Source: an uncultured Candidatus Entotheonella sp.
GTDB lineage: Bacteria; Tectomicrobia; Entotheonellia; Entotheonellales; Entotheonellaceae
Direction of reading: 5' to 3'
DNA length: 64,000 nucleotides
NCBI GenBank assembly: GCA_965217185.1
Contig: OZ244252.1
Coordinates: forward strand, 3,616,001 to 3,680,000
Below the pieces are notes generated by a model, which saw only the letters and a program-made list of their open reading frames with translations, searched no databases and was not told where the DNA came from. Below, piece after piece: positions 40,350 through 52,510 of the stretch; position 1 is the first letter of the stretch; every line of letters starts with the position of its first letter. The position numbers and the translations under genes were made by a program.

Positions 40350-41836
40350 GAGCCACTTGCAAAACCCTAACGGAACGTCGAGAGCGAAGTTTTCGGATTT
40401 GATATTTGGGGATGTTTCGGCATCGGATACGTCGTCAGGGCATCTGCAGCACTTCTCAGCGGCCACAATCCAGCGACAATGAGGTTTCCTTGACGGTGTA
40501 TGAGCAAACCTGTCCGGTGTGGCCCTGCCGAGACAGGACGCCTGCAAGAGGTGAGGGGTGGAAGCAAGTCGGTTTCAGTTCAACAGGCGCATCAACTGCG
40601 ACACCGCCAGCGCCACAATGCCGAACATCAGGTGGCACAGCACCTTGGCGTGACCTCGCACGCGGACTTGGCGACCGCCGAACTCGTCCTTGAGACGACC
40701 CTTGACACGCTCGACGGTGGTGCGCTCACGGTAGCGTAACTGCTCGGCGTAGACGTGGCCGACGCTGCGCTGCGCCCGCGCCGCGGTCTTGCGTTCCAGC
40801 TTGCGCGAAGCACTGCGGGGATTGGCGTCGATGATTGCAACATGCCCCAGCGACTCACGGTGCGCTCTGATCTCGGGCGCGTCACAAGCCGAGTCCATCA
40901 GGTCATGGAGGTTGGTGACTCGTGCGGCCGTCAGGGTCGCCAGGGGAATCGCCACTTGGCTGTCATGCAACGAGGCCGAGGTCAGGATGCAACTGAGTGG
41001 AACGCCGCCATCGGCTGCGTCGACATGCAACTTGTAGCCGCTCCATGATTCCTGATGTCCCTTGGCGTCCCGCTTGACGCCAACATCACAGGTGCGTGGC
41101 AGGTCGGCGAGCCTCTCCGGCAGGATCATGTTGGACTGGCGCGCCAGCCTTCGGGGCGCCTTGTCCAGTCGTTGTTCAGCCTTGCGCGGTCGTCCGCGGC
41201 GGCGTTTCGGCGTAGCCGCTTGGTGCGGCTTCGGGGCTGGCTTCTCGCGCCCCAAGATCGCCGTCGAATCGCGTCAGACGTGGCCGACCAGATGATCGCG
41301 CAAGGTCTTGTCGATCAGCGCCTCGTGCAGGCGGCTTGGCAAGGCGCTGTCAGCGAAGTCGCTGAAGGCCCGCGACAAGGTCGCCTCGCTGGGGACCGCC
41401 GCGCCCTGGCTCCAGCCGCACAGGCGACGCCGCGGCCGGTCGATGACAAGGCGCTCAACGAGCGCGCGGGTGGTCGAGATGGCGAACACCGCCTTGGCGC
41501 TGAAGGCTCGTGCCAGCGCCGCACGATCCGCCTGCGGGCGCCCCGGCAAGCCACGCCAGCACGTCAGGAATGGCTCAACCGGCACGAACCCGAGCACCGT
41601 GACGAATAACTCGTAGCGCTCGCCCAAGGGACCGAGTTCTTCTTCGAGCGTGGGGAAAAGCTCTCGTTGCAAGGCGAAGCCGTAATTCGATAGGATCGTA
41701 CGCAGGGACATGGCCGTTTTCTCCTTCACGTGGTGGTCGCACAATACATGACATGAAGCAAAGACAGCCTGTCCCGTTTAAGTCAACCTCTTACCCTCAA
41801 TAATTCCCGACGACTCCACAGTTTTGCAAAAGGCTC
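40350..41836 (-). mobile_element. 1487-bp DDE insertion sequence (IS5/IS1182-like), copy A
   Basis: 16-bp IRs GAGCCTTTTGCAAAAC / GAGCCACTTGCAAAAC; inverted copy at 47138-48624. Confidence 0.92.
40575..41711 (-). pseudogene. DDE transposase with internal TGA, copy A
   Basis: GHV*RDSTAI, GYKLH, HDSQ, RTTVER; stop at 41274-41276. Confidence 0.88.
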
Positions 41837-41879
41837 CCCTTTTTTCCAACCTGGGCAAAACCTCAGCAGGTGAGTATCC

Positions 41880-43088
41880 ATGATCAGCTATACGCAGGCC
41901 GTGCAGACCATTATCCGCAACCTGCCGCAACCGCTGCCGGAGGAGCGATTGGCGCTGACGGCGGCCCATCAGCGCGTGTTGAGCCGGCCCCTGACCGCGC
42001 CGCACGACATGCCGCCGTTCGATCAATCCCTGATGGACGGCTACGCGCTGCGGAGCCGCGATATCTGCGCGACCGCCCCCGAGCGGCCCGTGCGCCTGAC
42101 GCTGGGCGTAACGCTCACCGCGGGGGAGTATTTGGAGCAGCCGCTGAAGCCGCATCAGGCGGTGAGCATCATGACCGGGGCACCGATACCGTCTGGTGCC
42201 GACGCCGTCTTAAAGATGGAAGACAGTGAGGTGGAGGGCAGCGATTTGTTGGTCCGGCAGCCGCTTGGCAGGTGGGTGAACGTTCAGCGGCGCGGCGACG
42301 AGATTCGGCGCCGCACGGTTGTGCTGCCCCGGGGAGAGCGTCTGACGCCGCAGCGCATCGGCACGGCGTTAGCCCTCGGTGTCGCCAGCATCGATGTCGC
42401 ACGGCGTCCGCGTCTGGCCCTGGTGGCACCCGGCGACGAGTTGCTGCCGCCCGGAGCGGCGTTGCAGCCGGCCAAGAAGTGGTGCAGCAACCTGTACGCC
42501 CTGGAGCTTCGAGCCCAGGAGTTGGGCTGCGCCAGCGTCAATCTGGGTATCGTGCCGGACACCCTCGGCAGCCTGGCGGAGGCATTGCGGCGCGGGCTGG
42601 AAAACGACATCGTCGTCATTCTCGGCGCCTCGGGACGCGGCCAGCATGATTTTGCCGCGCGCGCTATGACCGCTGTGGGGGCTGACATCCTGTTTCGCGG
42701 CGTCGCCGCCAATCCGGGCCGCGGCGTCACCGTTGCGCGCCACCGGCAAACGCTGATCATGGGCCTTCCCGGATCGCCTTGGGGTGCCTTTGTGGGGTTT
42801 GAAACCTTCGTGCGGCCCGCCATCCGAACGCTGTTGGGGCAACACCCCATTCCCCGCGGGCTCACGGCCACTGTCAGGGCCGCGGTGAAGGTACGGCCCG
42901 GCATGACGCACTTCTTTCCCTGCCGCCTGCAACCCGATTTCGAAGGCTGGCAGGCCACACTTCTGGGCAATTTGCTCGACCTGTCACGAGCCGATTCGCA
43001 GCCCCTTGGATTACTGGTCATGTCGCCGCATCGGCGGCTTCTGCGAGCCGGTTCAAGGGCACGAATCCAGCCCCTCACGATGGACTGA
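41880..43088 (+). CDS. moeA: Molybdopterin molybdenumtransferase MoeA-like protein (diverged)
   Basis: PPFDQSLMDGYA, IMTGAPIP, GDEL, GLPG. Confidence 0.82.
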   Translation: MISYTQAVQTIIRNLPQPLPEERLALTAAHQRVLSRPLTAPHDMPPFDQSLMDGYALRSRDICATAPERPVRLTLGVTLTAGEYLEQPLKPHQAVSIMTGAPIPSGADAVLKMEDSEVEGSDLLVRQPLGRWVNVQRRGDEIRRRTVVLPRGERLTPQRIGTALALGVASIDVARRPRLALVAPGDELLPPGAALQPAKKWCSNLYALELRAQELGCASVNLGIVPDTLGSLAEALRRGLENDIVVILGASGRGQHDFAARAMTAVGADILFRGVAANPGRGVTVARHRQTLIMGLPGSPWGAFVGFETFVRPAIRTLLGQHPIPRGLTATVRAAVKVRPGMTHFFPCRLQPDFEGWQATLLGNLLDLSRADSQPLGLLVMSPHRRLLRAGSRARIQPLTMD

Positions 43089-43228
43089 TCAGGCGTTTAT
43101 TGCAATTTGCAAATTTGCCTTGCACGATGTTTTCGTTGCGCATATCCTATGCGGCATGCCTGCATTGGCGAGGCCAGATTGTACCCTCCAACGACCTACA
43201 ACCCATTGATTTATAAAGAGGTAATTCA

Positions 43229-45997
43229 GTGAACAGCGCAGTTCCTCCCGCCACTACCCTCCCCGCCCCTGATCCAACTTCTTCCGGGAATTCGACGCCT
43301 GCGAACGCCTCTCTTGGCCTGTCGATGCAGCGCTATTTCACCCATCCCGACGTGCATCCTTACGACGCCGTGGCGTGGGAAAATCGTCACGCTTTGATTA
43401 CCGGCGAAAATGGGCGTGCGGTGTTCGAACAGCGCGACGTGGAATTCCCCGAAACGTGGTCACAGTTGGCAACCAACGTGGTGGCCTCGAAGTACTTCCG
43501 CGGGCCGCTCGATTCCCCCCGGCGCGAACGCTCGGTACGCCAGGTGCTCGACCGAGTTGTCCGCACCATCACCACTTGGGGCGACGGCGACGGGTACTTT
43601 GCCAGCAAGCAGGATGCGGAAATTTTTTCGCATGAGTTGACCCACATTCTGCTGCACCAGAAGGCGTCGTTCAACTCTCCGGTGTGGTTCAACATCGGGG
43701 TGGAGGGCACGCCGCCGCAGGCGAGTGCCTGCTTCATCATTTCCGTGCACGACGACATGCACGCCATCCTGGATTGGTACCGGCAGGAAGGCGTCATTTT
43801 CAAAGGCGGCTCAGGGTCGGGCGTCAATCTCTCCCGCCTGCGGGCCACCGGCGAATCCCTTTCGGGCGGTGGCACGGCCTCCGGCCCGCTTTCCTTCATG
43901 CGGGCCGCAGACGCCTCCGCCGGCGCCATCAAATCCGGCGGCACGACGCGGCGCAGTGCCAAAATGGTGCTCCTCAACGCCGACCATCCCGACATCGAAG
44001 CCTTCATCCGCTGCAAGGCGGTTGAGGAAAAAAAGGCCCACTCGCTCATCGACGCCGGGTACGATGCTTCCCTGGACGGTGACGCTTACGGCACCGTCAG
44101 CTTCCAAAACGCCAACAACTCGGTGCGGGTGTCCGATGCGTTCATGCGCGCGGTGGCTGAAGACAACGAGTGGCAAACCCGTTATCGCATCTCCGGTGAG
44201 CCTGCCAAGACCTATCAGGCCCGCGACCTGCTGCGGCAGATCGCCGAGGCGACCTGGGCCTGCGGCGACCCCGGCATTCAGTTCGACGACACCATCAATA
44301 GCTGGCACACGTGTCCCGCCGCCGGACGCCAGGAGGCCACGAACCCGTGTGCGGAGTACTGCTGGATCAACGACAGCGCCTGCAACCTCTCCTCGCTCAA
44401 CCTGATGCAATTCCTCGATGATGACGGGACGTTCGACATCGAAGCCTTCCGCCACACCGTGCACGTGATGATCCTGGCGCAGGAAATCCTCGTCGGCCAC
44501 GCCAGCTACCCCACCCCGGCCATTGAGCGCAACAGCCACGACTACCGCACCCTGGGTCTCGGCTACGCCAACCTCGGGGCGCTGCTGATGGCCCGCGGCT
44601 TGCCCTACGACTCGGACGCGGGCCGCGCCTATGCCGGCACCGTCACCGCCCTGATGACCGGCCAGGCGTATCTGACCAGTTCGCAAATCGCCGCTGCGCA
44701 AGGACCCTTCGCCGGCTACGCGGACAGCCGCAAGCCCATGCTGAAGGTGATTAAGCGGCATCGGGAGAGTTACCACGGCACACAGCACGAATCCCTCCCG
44801 CCGCCGCTGCAGGAAGCCGCACAGCAGGTGTGGAGCGAGTGCTACGCTCACGGCAAGCAGCACGGCTACCGCAACGCGCAGGTAACCCTGTTGGCGCCCA
44901 CCGGCACCATCGCGTTCATGATGGACTGCGATACCACCGGCATCGAGCCCGACCTGGCGCTGGTGAAATACAAGAAGCTCGTCGGCGGCGGCGAGCTGAA
45001 GATCGTCAACAACACGGCCCCGCGCGCCCTGACCTGCCTCGGCTACACGCCGCAGCAGATCGACAACCTCGTACAATACATTGACGAGCACGGCACCATG
45101 GAAGGCGCGCCCGACCTCCAGGAGGACCATCTGCCGGTCTTTGACTGCGCCTTTCCCGCCATGCCCGGGGGCCGCTCGATTCATTACAGCGGGCACCTGC
45201 GCATGGTGGCGGCGGTGCAGCCGTTCCTGTCGGGGTCGGTGTCGAAGACGATCAACGTGCCCAACCAGGCCACGGTGGCCGACATCGAGCAGGCGTACAT
45301 CGACGCCTGGGGCCTCGGCATCAAGTGCGTCGCCATCTATCGCGACGGCTGCAAGCGCACCCAGCCACTCAACACCAAGGCGGCCGAACCGGAAACCGCA
45401 GCGGCACCGAGCAGGCCCATGCGGCGGCGGCTGCCGGACGAGCGTCCGGCCATCACCCACAAGTTCTCGATTGCAGGGCACGAAGGCTATATCACGGTTG
45501 GCATGTTCGAGGATGGGACGCCCGGCGAAATTTTCCTGGTCATGGCCAAGGAGGGCAGCACCATCTCCGGGCTGATGGATGCCTTCGCCACCTCGATTTC
45601 GCTGGCTTTTCAGTACGGCGTGCCGCTGCGGGCGTTGATCGACAAGTTTAGCCACATGCGCTTCGAGCCTGCCGGGTTCACCCAAAACACCGAGATTCCC
45701 ATCGCCAAGTCGGTGATGGATTACATCTTCCGCTGGCTGGCCTCCAAATTCCTCGATCAGGAAGAACGCGCCCAAATCGGTGTCATCGACCGGGACGGCC
45801 TGGAGCAGGCCGCCGAACCGGTGACACCCAAGGAGGCAACGAACGGCCACCACACGCCCTTGGGGACCACCGAGAAGCCCTATTACTTCCGGCTGCAGGA
45901 AGACGCCCCCTCATGCGCCGACTGCGGCGCCCTGATGATCCGCAACGGCTCGTGCTACAAATGCACCAATTGCGGTGCCACCAGCGGGTGTTCGTAA
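43229..45997 (+). CDS. nrdJ: Class II (B12-dependent) ribonucleotide reductase with C-terminal TSCPD and Zn-ribbon region
   Basis: FNSPVWFN, SAC, TNPCAEY, CNLSS, APTGT, SKTIN, YRDG, terminal CxxC...CxxC. Confidence 0.95.
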   Translation: MNSAVPPATTLPAPDPTSSGNSTPANASLGLSMQRYFTHPDVHPYDAVAWENRHALITGENGRAVFEQRDVEFPETWSQLATNVVASKYFRGPLDSPRRERSVRQVLDRVVRTITTWGDGDGYFASKQDAEIFSHELTHILLHQKASFNSPVWFNIGVEGTPPQASACFIISVHDDMHAILDWYRQEGVIFKGGSGSGVNLSRLRATGESLSGGGTASGPLSFMRAADASAGAIKSGGTTRRSAKMVLLNADHPDIEAFIRCKAVEEKKAHSLIDAGYDASLDGDAYGTVSFQNANNSVRVSDAFMRAVAEDNEWQTRYRISGEPAKTYQARDLLRQIAEATWACGDPGIQFDDTINSWHTCPAAGRQEATNPCAEYCWINDSACNLSSLNLMQFLDDDGTFDIEAFRHTVHVMILAQEILVGHASYPTPAIERNSHDYRTLGLGYANLGALLMARGLPYDSDAGRAYAGTVTALMTGQAYLTSSQIAAAQGPFAGYADSRKPMLKVIKRHRESYHGTQHESLPPPLQEAAQQVWSECYAHGKQHGYRNAQVTLLAPTGTIAFMMDCDTTGIEPDLALVKYKKLVGGGELKIVNNTAPRALTCLGYTPQQIDNLVQYIDEHGTMEGAPDLQEDHLPVFDCAFPAMPGGRSIHYSGHLRMVAAVQPFLSGSVSKTINVPNQATVADIEQAYIDAWGLGIKCVAIYRDGCKRTQPLNTKAAEPETAAAPSRPMRRRLPDERPAITHKFSIAGHEGYITVGMFEDGTPGEIFLVMAKEGSTISGLMDAFATSISLAFQYGVPLRALIDKFSHMRFEPAGFTQNTEIPIAKSVMDYIFRWLASKFLDQEERAQIGVIDRDGLEQAAEPVTPKEATNGHHTPLGTTEKPYYFRLQEDAPSCADCGALMIRNGSCYKCTNCGATSGCS

Positions 45998-46012
45998 AGG
46001 CTTTCAGGAGGT

Positions 46013-46240
46013 ATGATCGTGATATGTCATGACAATCCATGCAGGTTTGTTGGCCAGCAGCTCGCAGATGGGCAAGAACATTTTCGCTACTTTCAGGTTC
46101 GCAACTGTGCTGAAAAAAAGACATGCGGTCATATTCACCCACAACAATTGGAGGCGGAAGATTGCAAAGACAAACATAATCCATGCGACGGGTGGGAGGT
46201 GAGAATCTACACAGAGTTTTCCGTACGAGAAGACCCTTAA
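46013..46240 (+). CDS. Small lower-GC Cys/His-rich ORF, possibly a decayed gene
   Basis: AGGAGG RBS before ATG; no recognised family. Confidence 0.4.
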   Translation: MIVICHDNPCRFVGQQLADGQEHFRYFQVRNCAEKKTCGHIHPQQLEAEDCKDKHNPCDGWEVRIYTEFSVREDP

Positions 46241-46249
46241 ACGTTGTTA

Positions 46250-47100
46250 GGGCCTGTTGACATTCACATAGTCTCTCGGCTGTAATGGAAGGGAATACAA
46301 CCCCAATCCATACCAGCCAAGAGGAGGTGGGCGCATGGTGCGAAGAATCCTCAGCGACTCGCAATGGGCGCGTGTGGCGCTGCTGTTACCCGGAAAGGAC
46401 GGCGATCCTGGACGATCCGCAAGAGACAATCGGGAGTTCCTCGAAGCCGTTTTGTGGATTGCTCGTACCGGTTCGCCGTGGCGTGACTTGCCCGACGAGT
46501 TCGGGCTGTGGAACTCGGTCTTTCAACGCTTCCGCAGGTGGGCACTCAAAGGCGTCTTCGAGCGCGTTTTCAAGGTCTTGTCGGTCGATGCCGACTTCGA
46601 GTACGTGCTCATCGACGGCACCATCGTGCGCCTCCATCAACACGGTGCCGGGGCAAAAGGGGGACCCAAAGCCAAGCCATCGGTCGCTCGCGAGGGGGGC
46701 CAAGCACGAAGATCAGCGTGATGGTCGACGCCCTGGGCAACTTGGTGGATTTTGTGCTGCTGCCGGGCCAGCGCCATGATTTGATCGGTGTTGCTGCCTT
46801 GCTTGATGGCGTCGAGTTCGAGGCGCTGATTGCAGACCGGGCCTACGACAGCAACGCCCTGCGCGACGAGTTGAAAGAGCGCGGTGCGACGGCGGTGATT
46901 CCCCCCAGATCGAATCGCGTCGATGAGATCGACTACGACCGGGAGATGTACAAGTGGCGTCATCTGGTGGAGAATTTCTTTTGTAACCTCAAGCAGTTCC
47001 GTCGTCTTGCGATGCGTTTTGAGAAGACGGATGTGAGCTACGCCGCGATGATACATGTGGTGAGTTCTCGCTTGGCACTTGCCTAAATGTCAACAGGCCC
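46250..47100 (+). mobile_element. IS5-family (IS427-like) element, 851 bp
   Basis: Perfect 15-bp IRs GGGCCTGTTGACATT; TA duplication (46248-46249, 47101-47102). Confidence 0.95.
46335..47086 (+). CDS. IS5-family transposase, two ORFs probably joined by a -1 frameshift
   Basis: OrfA RTGSPWRDLP...IDGT; AAAAGGGGG at 46655-46663; OrfB GRSRGG, ADRAYD, RHLVENFF. Confidence 0.88.
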
Positions 47101-47137
47101 TAGCAAAACTGCACTCGTAACGGAAAGATTGTCTGGG

Positions 47138-48624
47138 GAGCCTTTTGCAAAACTGTGGAGTCGTCGGGAATTATTGAGGGTAAGAGGTTGACTTAAACGG
47201 GACAGGCTGTCTTTGCTTCATGTCATGTATTGTGCGACCACCACGTGAAGGAGAAAACGGCCATGTCCCTGCGTACGATCCTATCGAATTACGGCTTCGC
47301 CTTGCAACGAGAGCTTTTCCCCACGCTCGAAGAAGAACTCGGTCCCTTGGGCGAGCGCTACGAGTTATTCGTCACGGTGCTCGGGTTCGTGCCGGTTGAG
47401 CCATTCCTGACGTGCTGGCGTGGCTTGCCGGGGCGCCCGCAGGCGGATCGTGCGGCGCTGGCACGAGCCTTCAGCGCCAAGGCGGTGTTCGCCATCTCGA
47501 CCACCCGCGCGCTCGTTGAGCGCCTTGTCATCGACCGGCCGCGGCGTCGCCTGTGCGGCTGGAGCCAGGGCGCGGCGGTCCCCAGCGAGGCGACCTTGTC
47601 GCGGGCCTTCAGCGACTTCGCTGACAGCGCCTTGCCAAGCCGCCTGCACGAGGCGCTGATCGACAAGACCTTGCGCGATCATCTGGTCGGCCACGTCTGA
47701 CGCGATTCGACGGCGATCTTGGGGCGCGAGAAGCCAGCCCCGAAGCCGCACCAAGCGGCTACGCCGAAACGCCGCCGCGGACGACCGCGCAAGGCTGAAC
47801 AACGACTGGACAAGGCGCCCCGAAGGCTGGCGCGCCAGTCCAACATGATCCTGCCGGAGAGGCTCGCCGACCTGCCACGCACCTGTGATGTTGGCGTCAA
47901 GCGGGACGCCAAGGGACATCAGGAATCATGGAGCGGCTACAAGTTGCATGTCGACGCAGCCGATGGCGGCGTTCCACTCAGTTGCATCCTGACCTCGGCC
48001 TCGTTGCATGACAGCCAAGTGGCGATTCCCCTGGCGACCCTGACGGCCGCACGAGTCACCAACCTCCATGACCTGATGGACTCGGCTTGTGACGCGCCCG
48101 AGATCAGAGCGCACCGTGAGTCGCTGGGGCATGTTGCAATCATCGACGCCAATCCCCGCAGTGCTTCGCGCAAGCTGGAACGCAAGACCGCGGCGCGGGC
48201 GCAGCGCAGCGTCGGCCACGTCTACGCCGAGCAGTTACGCTACCGTGAGCGCACCACCGTCGAGCGTGTCAAGGGTCGTCTCAAGGACGAGTTCGGCGGT
48301 CGCCAAGTCCGCGTGCGAGGTCACGCCAAGGTGCTGTGCCACCTGATGTTCGGCATTGTGGCGCTGGCGGTGTCGCAGTTGATGCGCCTGTTGAACTGAA
48401 ACCGACTTGCTTCCACCCCTCACCTCTTGCAGGCGTCCTGTCTCGGCAGGGCCACACCGGACAGGTTTGCTCATACACCGTCAAGGAAACCTCATTGTCG
48501 CTGGATTGTGGCCGCTGAGAAGTGCTGCAGATGCCCTGACGACGTATCCGATGCCGAAACATCCCCAAATATCAAATCCGAAAACTTCGCTCTCGACGTT
48601 CCGTTAGGGTTTTGCAAGTGGCTC
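47138..48624 (+). mobile_element. 1487-bp DDE insertion sequence (IS5/IS1182-like), copy B
   Basis: Same IRs and same ORF translations as copy A, opposite orientation. Confidence 0.92.
47263..48399 (+). pseudogene. DDE transposase with internal TGA, copy B
   Basis: Stop at 47698-47700 in GHV*RDSTAI. Confidence 0.88.
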
Positions 48625-48797
48625 AAGGGGTCTCACTATATCCAAGCGGCGCCGCGCCGGGCAAGTCGTCCGGTCTGGAAACGGAGCCAGTCAAACGTTA
48701 TAGTGGTACGTTCATTTCTTACCTAATCGTAAACAGGAAGACACGTGCCGCAGGGGCGTTGGTACAACGCCGATGTTGGATGAAGGAGACGTCGAAT

Positions 48798-49679
48798 ATG
48801 GCCGAGACACAGTTTACCTTGAAGACGGGCTTGGCGGAGATGCTCAAGGGGGGCGTCATCATGGACGTCACCACTGCCGACCAGGCCAAGATTGCTGAAG
48901 ATGCGGGTGCGGTAGCCGTCATGGCGTTGGAGCGCGTGCCGGCGGATATCCGGGCACAAGGCGGCATCGCGCGCATGGCCGATCCGACGAAAATCCGCGA
49001 GATCATGGCGGCGGTGTCGATTCCCGTGATGGCCAAGGCGCGCATCGGGCACTTTGCGGAAGCCCAGATTCTGCAGGCGCTGGGCGTCGACTACGTTGAC
49101 GAGAGCGAAGTGCTGACGCCGGCGGATGAAGCCCATCACATTGATAAATTCGCGTTTCGCGTGCCCTTCGTCTGCGGGGCGCGCAATTTGGGCGAGGCGC
49201 TGCGCCGCATTGCCGAGGGCGCGGCCATGATCCGAACCAAGGGGGAGGCGGGCTCCGGCAACGTCGTCGAGGCCGTGCGCCACATGCGCGCCGTGCAGGG
49301 CACCATGCGCAAGCTGACGATCCTGGGTGACGAGGAACTGATGGCGGCCGCCAAGGAACTCGAGGCCCCCTACGAGCTCGTCAAGATGGTGGCGCAAACC
49401 GGCAAGCTGCCGGTGCCGAACTTTGCCGCCGGCGGGGTGGCGACGCCGTCCGACGCCTCGCTCATGATGCAACTCGGCGCCGAGTCGGTCTTCGTGGGCT
49501 CGGGTATTTTCAAGTCGGGCGACCCGCCGCGCCGCGCCGACGCCATCGTGCAGGCGACTACGCACTACCTCGACGCCGACCTGCTGGCGCGCGTGTCCGA
49601 AGACCTCGGCGAGGCCATGGTGGGGATCGACATCAGCCGCCTGGACGACAGCGAGTTGTTGCAGACACGAGGCTGGTGA
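48798..49679 (+). CDS. pdxS: Pyridoxal 5'-phosphate synthase lyase subunit
   Basis: [35 protein letters not shown]. Confidence 0.97.
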   Translation: MAETQFTLKTGLAEMLKGGVIMDVTTADQAKIAEDAGAVAVMALERVPADIRAQGGIARMADPTKIREIMAAVSIPVMAKARIGHFAEAQILQALGVDYVDESEVLTPADEAHHIDKFAFRVPFVCGARNLGEALRRIAEGAAMIRTKGEAGSGNVVEAVRHMRAVQGTMRKLTILGDEELMAAAKELEAPYELVKMVAQTGKLPVPNFAAGGVATPSDASLMMQLGAESVFVGSGIFKSGDPPRRADAIVQATTHYLDADLLARVSEDLGEAMVGIDISRLDDSELLQTRGW

Positions 49680-49685
49680 TTCGAC

Positions 49686-50264
49686 ATGGCGTGTGTCGGC
49701 CTCCTGGCCCTGCAAGGCGATTTCGCCGCACACAAAAAGATTCTTGGCGAACTGGGGGTCGAGTCGAAACTCGTCAAGAAACCCGCCGACCTCGCCGGCG
49801 TTGAGGGACTCATCATTCCAGGCGGGGAAAGCACGACGCTGCTCAAACTCATGGCCCCAGTGGCGATGCGCCCCGCGCTTGAGCAATTCCATGCCCAAGG
49901 CCGACCCATCTTCGGAACCTGCGCGGGCCTCATCCTGCTGGCGCAGGAGACCCTGCCGCGTCAAGAGAGTCTGGGATTCATCGATATTGTGGTGAGGCGT
50001 AACGCCTACGGCAGGCAGATTGACAGCTTTGTGGCGCTGGGAACGCCGCTGACGGACGACCTGAGCGCCGAACCCCTGGAGATGGTGTTCATCCGCGCTC
50101 CGAAGATCGCCCAGATCAATTCCGGGGTGACACCCTTGGCCGAGTGCCGGGGCAAGGTCGTACTGGCTCGGCAGGGCAGTGTCCTCGTTTCCTCCTTCCA
50201 CCCCGAGCTCACGCAAGACCGCCGCGTGCATCAATACTTCCTGCAGATGCTCGCGGCGGGATAA
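49686..50264 (+). CDS. pdxT: Pyridoxal 5'-phosphate synthase glutaminase subunit
   Basis: LALQGD, PGGEST, GTCAG, FHPEL. Confidence 0.97.
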   Translation: MACVGLLALQGDFAAHKKILGELGVESKLVKKPADLAGVEGLIIPGGESTTLLKLMAPVAMRPALEQFHAQGRPIFGTCAGLILLAQETLPRQESLGFIDIVVRRNAYGRQIDSFVALGTPLTDDLSAEPLEMVFIRAPKIAQINSGVTPLAECRGKVVLARQGSVLVSSFHPELTQDRRVHQYFLQMLAAG

Positions 50265-50311
50265 AAGCGTAACCGCCGACGCCGAAACGCGCCGGCGGTC
50301 CACACAGCGGA

Positions 50312-51994
<1,683 letters not shown>

Positions 51995-52001
51995 TCAGAA
52001 C

Positions 52002-52292
52002 CTATTCCAAAACGCCTAAGACGTCGTCTTCACGAATGATCAAATACTCTTCACCGTCAAGCTTCACTTCCGTGCCGGCGTACTTGCCGAAGATGACCTT
52101 GTCACCCTCTTTGACGTCCATGGCCTGCACCTTGCCATCGTCGGAGACGCGACCGGGACCGGCGGCCAGAACCTTGGCCTGCTGCGGTTTCTCCTTCGCG
52201 GTGTCCGGGATGATGATGCCGCCCTGGACCTCTTCTTCTTCTTCCTCCAACCGCTGAACCAGAATGCGGTCGTGCAAGGGACGTAAGCCCAT
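52002..52292 (-). CDS. groS: Co-chaperonin GroES
   Basis: [20 protein letters not shown]. Confidence 0.98.
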   Translation of the reverse strand: MGLRPLHDRILVQRLEEEEEEVQGGIIIPDTAKEKPQQAKVLAAGPGRVSDDGKVQAMDVKEGDKVIFGKYAGTEVKLDGEEYLIIREDDVLGVLE

Positions 52293-52356
52293 AAGTCCTC
52301 TCCTTCCGTCTGATTGTCGTGATTATGTACGTGTCGCGCCTGGGCGCTTCAGCGTA

Positions 52357-52383
52357 TTGGCACTCACCTGTATTGAGTGCTAA
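52357..52383 (-). promoter_or_regulatory. CIRCE operator (HrcA site)
   Basis: Minus strand TTAGCACTC-N9-GAGTGCCAA, one mismatch to consensus, upstream of groES. Confidence 0.92.
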
Positions 52384-52510
52384 TAAAGCTATTAAATTCT
52401 TCTAGGGTTTGCAAGAGGACAGGTATTTTTTGTGGTTTGGCCCTACCCGGCTCGTGCTATGGTTGGGTGCTAAACCATATCCGTGCATGGTTGAGGACGC
52501 AGGACGTGTC

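Noticed and set aside
43090..43228. NrdR box or cobalamin riboswitch upstream of nrdJ
   Set aside because: No convincing match to either consensus by eye; partial CACTATA words at 48634-48710 were also too weak.
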